Assembly: GCA_003169655.1 (NCBI GenBank)
Contig: PNAZ01000058.1
Location: 43,587 to 75,588 of the forward strand
Direction of reading: 5' to 3'
Source of the DNA: Chloroflexota bacterium
Lineage (GTDB): Bacteria > Chloroflexota > Limnocylindria > Limnocylindrales > CSP1-4
Length of the DNA stretch: 32,002 nt
Below, in pieces: positions 26,950 through 32,002 of the stretch. Numbering within the stretch: position 1 is the stretch's first letter; every line of letters begins with the position of its first letter. The position numbers and the translations under genes are program-made. The notes below the pieces were generated by a model that did not search any database, was not told the DNA's origin, and was given only the letters and a program-made list of their open reading frames with translations.

Positions 26950-27498
26950 CTAGCGTCGCCTGGGCGCCACCGATCGGAGCACGGTCGCGACGGCCATCCA
27001 GCCGGCCAGGGTCCCGATCGTCAATCCGACGACGAGGCCGCTCAGGTTGTCGAAGACATCGGCGCTCTGGCAGCCCCGTTCTAGGGCGGGCACCAGCAGC
27101 TGGATCGTTTCGATCACGATCGGCAGGGCGATCGCCGCGACAATCAGGCCGGCCTTCTGGCGCGAGCGGGCCAGCAGGCCGAGGGCGACCCCGAGGGGAA
27201 TGAACATCACGATGTTCAGGCTCGTGTCGTCGATCGTCAGCAAGTCGTCGAATGGGGCCAGTCCCATCCGGGAGAAGTCGCAGGCTCGGCCGACGGCCGC
27301 CAGGTTGAGATGGCCGTTGAGCGGCGTCAGGGTCGCCGCCACGATGATCCCGAAGCCGATGACGAGGGCGCAGGCAATCCAGAAGCGCGTCGCCAGCATC
27401 CGGGCGAGCGGCCGACCGAGGGCCAGGCCCAGGACGACGAAGACGGCCGTCCCTGGCACAAACCACGGCAGCAGGTGTCCGTAGGCCCCTTCCATCAA
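26950..27498 (-). CDS. VanZ-family membrane protein
   Basis: LNIVMFIPLG, IETIQLL, R...ADVFDNLSG; about 5 TM segments. Confidence 0.8.
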   Translation of the reverse strand: MMEGAYGHLLPWFVPGTAVFVVLGLALGRPLARMLATRFWIACALVIGFGIIVAATLTPLNGHLNLAAVGRACDFSRMGLAPFDDLLTIDDTSLNIVMFIPLGVALGLLARSRQKAGLIVAAIALPIVIETIQLLVPALERGCQSADVFDNLSGLVVGLTIGTLAGWMAVATVLRSVAPRRR

Positions 27499-27696
27499 CC
27501 GCCAACCGCCTTCCCGGCAATCGTCATGATTCGCGCGAGCGCGAGCCTGGATGCGGCCTGCCTCGACACCGTCGACCCCAATCCTCGGTTACCTGGAGCA
27601 CCGCAGCGCCTAGCCCCTTCGTACGGGATGGCGGCCACGAAGATGGGTGGCAGGATCTAAAGAGCAGTCCGAAGCGCGCAAAACGTGCTGCCGTCG

Positions 27697-27702
27697 TACA
27701 CT
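27697..27702 (+). promoter_or_regulatory. Putative -10 element TACACT for P3
   Basis: TANNNT hexamer about 40 nt upstream of ATG 27741, which has a GGAGG RBS. Confidence 0.4.
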
Positions 27703-27740
27703 GCTGGCGGCCGCCGGGAACGGTCGCACTGGAGGGGTCC

Positions 27741-28835
27741 ATGCGCGTTGACCGCCTACCGCGTCGCCTTGGCTTGCTCGCTGCGGGCCTGCTCATTGCC
27801 ACATCAGCATTCGTCACGACCGTGCCCCGGCTCGTTGCCGCACCGGGTCGGCCCGAGCAGCTGGGGTCGCTCGCCGACCCGCCTCAGGCATTCGGCGACC
27901 CGACCGTCAGACCACTAATGGACCAGGATCTGACGTCCGGCAGCGTGCCGGCACCGAGCAGCTCCATTCCACCGACGCCAACCCCGCTGCTGGAGCCCGT
28001 GGCCACTCCGAAGCCGGCGCCCAAGGCGACCCCGCGGCCGACGGTGACCCACCCTGCGCCGCCGAAGCCGCCTAGAGCCGCGCCCACGCAGAAGATCGTC
28101 ACCTTCCCGACGTCCGGGACGCAGGCCCAGTTCCTGGCCCTGATGAAGAACATGTCGATCGACGTGATCGCGATGGAGCCGGGCACGTATCGAGGTTGGC
28201 ACCTCTTCTTCGATGTCGACCGCACGAAGCGCCCCCTGACGGTGCGACCGGCCCACGGCACGGTGATCTTTGACAACTCCGGCGGGGGGAACCCGGACGG
28301 CCTGCTCTATCCGGGCTGGCACGGCTACACCGCGCATATCACATTCAGCGGCCCGTTCGTGATCCAGAACTACAAGATCGAACAGACCGGCCTGATCAGT
28401 ACCGCCTGGGCCAGCCACATGGCCTTCAACGGCTTCACGGTCCGCGGCACGACGGCTCCGACGACGAACGGTGAGACGGCCTACGCGGTCTACGTCTCCT
28501 CGGACGGCGTCCATCGCGGTTCGTACCTGACATTCGACAACTGGAACGTTGATAACACCAAGTCGGGCCAGAAGGTGTCGGGCCTGCAGCTCTATCACAC
28601 GCCCCAGGCAATCGGCGTCACGGCCCTCCACTGGACCGTCACCGGCGGCCACTGGGGCTTCGTCGGCCGCGGCAACGCTACCGGGGTGAAGATCGAGTAC
28701 TGGACGATCAGTCACTGCATCGTCAGCTTCGACTCGAACGGGCCGGCCGGCATCGTGAAGTATGTCCATGCCACGTCGTCCGGTGCGCCCACGATTCGGA
28801 GCCCCATGGTCGACGGCGGAGGCAACACCTGGTAG
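27741..28835 (+). CDS. Exported probable beta-helix protein, paralog P3 (short form)
   Basis: Signal-like RRLGLLAAGLLIATSAFV, Pro/Thr/Lys linker and the shared domain from IVTFPTSGTQAQFLALMKNMSIDVIAMEPGTY to PMVDGGGNTW. Confidence 0.87.
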   Translation: MRVDRLPRRLGLLAAGLLIATSAFVTTVPRLVAAPGRPEQLGSLADPPQAFGDPTVRPLMDQDLTSGSVPAPSSSIPPTPTPLLEPVATPKPAPKATPRPTVTHPAPPKPPRAAPTQKIVTFPTSGTQAQFLALMKNMSIDVIAMEPGTYRGWHLFFDVDRTKRPLTVRPAHGTVIFDNSGGGNPDGLLYPGWHGYTAHITFSGPFVIQNYKIEQTGLISTAWASHMAFNGFTVRGTTAPTTNGETAYAVYVSSDGVHRGSYLTFDNWNVDNTKSGQKVSGLQLYHTPQAIGVTALHWTVTGGHWGFVGRGNATGVKIEYWTISHCIVSFDSNGPAGIVKYVHATSSGAPTIRSPMVDGGGNTW

Positions 28836-28844
28836 GTCCCGCGG

Positions 28845-29213
28845 AGCGGGTCCGACCCTGGGTCAGCCGAGCGGTGTGGGCCCGTTCCTCGTTCTAGAAG
28901 CGGACATAGGCAGCGCGGTCACGGCTGAGGTCCGGGCCGCGCTCGGGTTGAGCGGCGTCGTCGCCAGCTCGGCCCAGACATAGGACGAGGCGAGGTCGAT
29001 CGCGGAGTACTGCCAGACCCGCCCCGCGGTGCCCGAGAGGCGCCCGACGTGGAAGCAGTCGAAGCCGACGAGCTCACCCGGGTCGTCGACCGCGACATGG
29101 CGGGCCTCGGGCGGCGCCGGCCCCTCCATGGGTGGATCCCGAAGATCCGGCAGGCGGCCCGGACGTTGTCGACCACGGCGCCGACCCTCCTGCTCATCGT
29201 TTGAAGCACGACA
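28845..29213 (-). mobile_element. Degenerate IS481-family element (transposase pseudogene)
   Basis: Three collinear fragments in different frames: NVRAACRIFGIHP (HTH start), PGELVGFDCFHVGRLSGTAGRVWQYSAIDLASSYVWAEL (integrase core) and AYVRF*NEERAHTARLTQGRT (C-terminus, TAG at 28894-28896). Candidate left end TGTCGTG at 29213, followed by AGGAGG. Confidence 0.8.
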
Positions 29214-29238
29214 AGCATGAGGTGACGGCGCCGCTTGT

Positions 29239-29263
29239 TACCTGGCGATCAGGCGCCCAGGTA
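29239..29263. terminator. Hairpin downstream of P4, possible terminator
   Basis: TACCTGG 29239-29245 / CCAGGTA 29257-29263, about 35 nt past the P4 stop. No clear U-tract. Confidence 0.35.
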
Positions 29264-29296
29264 TCGGGAGAACCACGCCCCCCAACCGTTGCTCGA

Positions 29297-30859
29297 TCAG
29301 TTCCAGACGTTGCCACCGCCGTTGACCATCGGCGCGTAGATGTACGGGGCGCCGCTGTTGGTCGCGTGCATGTTCTTGACGATTCCGGCTGGACCGTTCG
29401 AGTCGAAGGAGGGGCCGCTGGTGCCGGTGATCTGCCAGCCCTCGATGTCGACTCCGGTGGCGTCCCCTCGGCCGACGAAGCCCCAATAGCCGCCGCTGAC
29501 GGTCCAGTTGAGCGCCGTGACTCCGATCGCCTGGGGCGTGTGATAGAGCTGGAGGCCGTTGACCTTATGATCGGACTGCGTGTTATCGACGTTCCAGTTG
29601 TCGAACGTGAGGGACGAGCCCCGATGCACACCGTCCGACGAGACGTAGACCGCCCATGCAGTCTCACCGTTCGTCGTCGGAGCCGTCGTGCCGCGGACCG
29701 TGAAGCCGTTGAACGTAAGGTGGCTCGCCCAGGCCGTGCTGATCAAGCCGGTCTGTTCGATCTTGTAGTTCTGGATCACGAACGGGCCGCTGAAGGTGAT
29801 GTATGCGGCATAGCCCGACCAGCCCGGATAGAGCAGGCCGTCCGGGTTTCCCCCGCCGGAGTTGTCAAAGGTCACGGTGCCGGAGGCCGGTCGCACGGTC
29901 AGCGGGCGCTGGGTACGGTCGACATCGAAGAAGAGGTGCCAGCCCCGGTACGTACCGGGAGCCATCTCGATCACGTCGATCGACATGTCTTTCATCAAGG
30001 CCAGGAACTGGGACTGCGAGCCGGACAGCGGGAATTCGACCACCTTGCCTCCGGGTGCTACCGGCGGCGGAGTCGCGATCGGCGCGGCCGTCGGAGTCGG
30101 AGTCGGAGTCGGAGTCGGAGCCGGCGCGGCGGTCGGAGTCGGCGCGGCGGTCGGAGTCGGCGCGGCGGTCGGAGTCGGCGCGGCCGTCGGAGTCGGGTGG
30201 GCGGTAGGAGTCGGGGTCGGAGCCGGCGCGGCGGTCGGATTCGGCGCGGCGGCCGGCTTCTGCGCGGCGGCCGGCTTCTGCACGACGGTCGGCTTCTTCT
30301 GCGCGGCCGCCATCGCGGCCTGGGCTCCGGAGATCACGACGGAGTCGATCGAGACATACGGATGCCCGGCGGTGCCCGCAACGTGGAGGGTAAGGACGTG
30401 GCGATTGCCCGCCGGCCCTGCCGCGAAAACCACGTGCTGGGCATGGAACACGGTGCCGTGGGTCGTGACCGAGCGGGTCACGCCATCGAGCGTCACCGCG
30501 AGCGTGCCGGCGCCATGGCCGGTCGGCGCGAGGATCTCAAGGTACGAGCCGTAGTAGACGAGGGAAACCGTTGCCCCGGCCTTGTCACTGATGTGGACCG
30601 TGCCGCCCGATGCGGAACGGCTGCTCACGACCTTCCAGCCCGCGCTCCACACGAAGTGCGAATCGGTGTCCTGCAGGACTAGCTGGCCCGAGTGCGAGGT
30701 CGCCAGCAGGATCGTGGGCTGGCTCAGGACACTGCCCAGGCCGGCGCCGCCAAACAGAAGCGCGAGCACGCCGAGGAGGACGAGGGCCGGTTTTGGGTGG
30801 CGCCGATGGTGGGCGGGCGAAGGGCGCGCAGCAGCGCCGGGTAGGGTGCTGTCTAGCAA
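29297..30859 (-). CDS. Exported probable beta-helix protein, paralog P4 (TM + CBM-like beta-sandwich + PT linker + conserved domain)
   Basis: TTG 30859 preceded by GAGGAG. LVLLGVLALLFGGAGLG TM, DTDSHFVWSAGW...HPYVSIDSVVI module, (PTPTAA)n linker and the shared domain ending PMVNGGGNVW. Confidence 0.87.
   Translation of the reverse strand: MLDSTLPGAAARPSPAHHRRHPKPALVLLGVLALLFGGAGLGSVLSQPTILLATSHSGQLVLQDTDSHFVWSAGWKVVSSRSASGGTVHISDKAGATVSLVYYGSYLEILAPTGHGAGTLAVTLDGVTRSVTTHGTVFHAQHVVFAAGPAGNRHVLTLHVAGTAGHPYVSIDSVVISGAQAAMAAAQKKPTVVQKPAAAQKPAAAPNPTAAPAPTPTPTAHPTPTAAPTPTAAPTPTAAPTPTAAPAPTPTPTPTPTAAPIATPPPVAPGGKVVEFPLSGSQSQFLALMKDMSIDVIEMAPGTYRGWHLFFDVDRTQRPLTVRPASGTVTFDNSGGGNPDGLLYPGWSGYAAYITFSGPFVIQNYKIEQTGLISTAWASHLTFNGFTVRGTTAPTTNGETAWAVYVSSDGVHRGSSLTFDNWNVDNTQSDHKVNGLQLYHTPQAIGVTALNWTVSGGYWGFVGRGDATGVDIEGWQITGTSGPSFDSNGPAGIVKNMHATNSGAPYIYAPMVNGGGNVWN
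30080..30300 (-). repeat. Coding tandem repeats in the P4 linker (6-bp and 18-bp units)
   Basis: GTCGGA x5 at 30090-30119; CGGCGCGGCGGTCGGAGT x3 from 30122 plus degenerate copies (PTPTAA); 18-bp QKPAAA/QKPTVV-type units near 30245-30300. Confidence 0.85.
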
Positions 30860-31167
30860 TGTTCGCTCCTCTTTCACGGGGGGCACGTGTCCCGGAACGG
30901 TTTGCGCCGCTACCACCAACGCCGACCGGCATTGGCTGACCAGTCAAGGTCGAGTTAGAGACGGATGGTCACAGCGGGGCTAGGCGGGGAATCGCGGGGG
31001 TCCCGGGGGCACGAGCGGGGGCCGGCATCTGGGGGTATGTCCGTCCTCAGCCGTCTTCTGAGAGTGACACCGTTTCCCCGACTCCCGGGCCGACGTGGCG
31101 GTGCTGGGCAGAAGTGTACCCAACCTGACCAGACCGTGCCGGAACCGCCTTTTCCGCACGTCGCAAG

Positions 31168-32002
31168 CTAGTGGACCCGGCTGCCGAGGCCGGCCCAGAA
31201 CGGCTCGCGCAGCTCGGCCTTGAGGATCTTGCCGGTGCCGCCCTTGGGCAGCGCCGCGCGGAACTGGATCTGGCGGGGGACCTTGAAGCCGGCCAGCCGC
31301 TCGCGGCAGAAGGCCTTGAGCTCCTTTTCGGTCGCCGTCGCGTCGGGCTTCAGGACGACCAGGCCGACCGGCACCTCGCCCCGCTTGTCGTCCGGGGCGG
31401 CGATCACGGCGCACTCGAGGACGGCCGGGTGGGCGCCGAGGGCCACCTCGATCTCGACCGACGAGATGTTCTCGCCGGCGGTGATGATGATGTCCTTGGA
31501 GCGGTCCTTGATCAGGACATAGCCTGCGGCGTCGATCGTGGCCATGTCGCCGGTGTGGAGCCAGCCGTCGCGGATCGTGCTGGCGGTGGCCTCGGCATCG
31601 CGGTAGTAGCCGTCCATCACGGTGTTGCCCCGGACCACGATCTCGCCGATCTGCTCGCCGTCGGGACGGACGTCCTGGCCGCCGGCGTCCACCACCCGGA
31701 CCCGGACCCCGGGGATCGCCCAACCGGTCATCGACTGGCGTTGCTGGCGACTCTCCGCCGGCTCGCTCTCGGTCAGGTGGCGACGGGGCTGGGCGAGGGT
31801 CACGATCGGCGAGGTCTCGGTCAGGCCGTAGCCGACGATCGCCTGGACGCCCAGCTCGGCCTCGAGCGAGCTGACCAGGGCCGGCGAGGCCGGCGAGCCG
31901 CCGATGATCACCTGGCGCAGGCTGGACAGGTCGAACTTCGAGCGCTCGCGATGGTTGAGCAGGGCGGTGAAGATCGACGGGACGGCCAGCAGGCGGGTCA
32001 CC
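31168..32002 (-). CDS. Long-chain fatty acid-CoA ligase (5' end outside window)
   Basis: IIGGSPA, GYGLTETSP, GEIVVRGNTVMDGYY, GWLHTGD, DRSKDIIITAGENISSVEIE and LPKGGTGKILK. Confidence 0.92.
   Translation of the reverse strand, partial: VTRLLAVPSIFTALLNHRERSKFDLSSLRQVIIGGSPASPALVSSLEAELGVQAIVGYGLTETSPIVTLAQPRRHLTESEPAESRQQRQSMTGWAIPGVRVRVVDAGGQDVRPDGEQIGEIVVRGNTVMDGYYRDAEATASTIRDGWLHTGDMATIDAAGYVLIKDRSKDIIITAGENISSVEIEVALGAHPAVLECAVIAAPDDKRGEVPVGLVVLKPDATATEKELKAFCRERLAGFKVPRQIQFRAALPKGGTGKILKAELREPFWAGLGSRVH

Noticed and set aside
20329-30050. Diversity-generating retroelement (template/variable repeats among paralogs)
   Set aside because: No reverse transcriptase in the window; all copies are open reading frames and many differences are synonymous rather than adenine-specific.
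30080-30300. Possible CRISPR array
   Set aside because: Units are 6 or 18 bp, contiguous, lack unique spacers and encode an in-frame Pro/Thr linker; no cas genes.
23099-30682. Long alternative-frame ORFs (23099..24565, 25548..26708, 27915..28769, 29132..30682 and similar elsewhere)
   Set aside because: Shadow ORFs expected in high-GC DNA; they overlap well-supported genes and have no recognisable motifs.
31168-32002. Terminal acyl-CoA ligase as part of the ACP tailoring module
   Set aside because: Ordinary fatty acyl-CoA ligase motifs, 14 kb from the module, and upstream context is missing; no evidence of linkage.

Overview
High-GC bacterial window (roughly 65-70% GC by eye; the style suggests a monoderm such as Chloroflexota or Actinomycetota, which is inference only). 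Most of it (about 2.4-27.5 kb) is a Wzx/Wzy-type surface polysaccharide locus: PglF/CapD-like dehydratase, two DegT-family aminotransferases, a priming sugar transferase, flippase, polymerase, a Wzz/CpsC-like protein, two GT4 glycosyltransferases and VanZ. Embedded in it is an unusually large tailoring set: adenylation enzyme, carrier protein, NadE-like and AsnB-like amide ligases, a HemK-like and a second SAM methyltransferase, a GNAT-like protein and two deacetylase-fold proteins. Four paralogous exported proteins share a ~240-aa probable beta-helix domain that I do not recognise; two of them also carry a CBM-like module and a Pro/Thr linker. A decayed IS481-type remnant lies between the last two paralogs. 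The flanks hold a GH25 muramidase (truncated by the left edge), a membrane protein with a low-complexity tail, and an acyl-CoA ligase (truncated by the right edge). I found no rRNA, tRNA or CRISPR array. The best candidates for new biology are the carrier-protein-dependent glycan amidation/N-methylation module and the four-paralog exported protein family.
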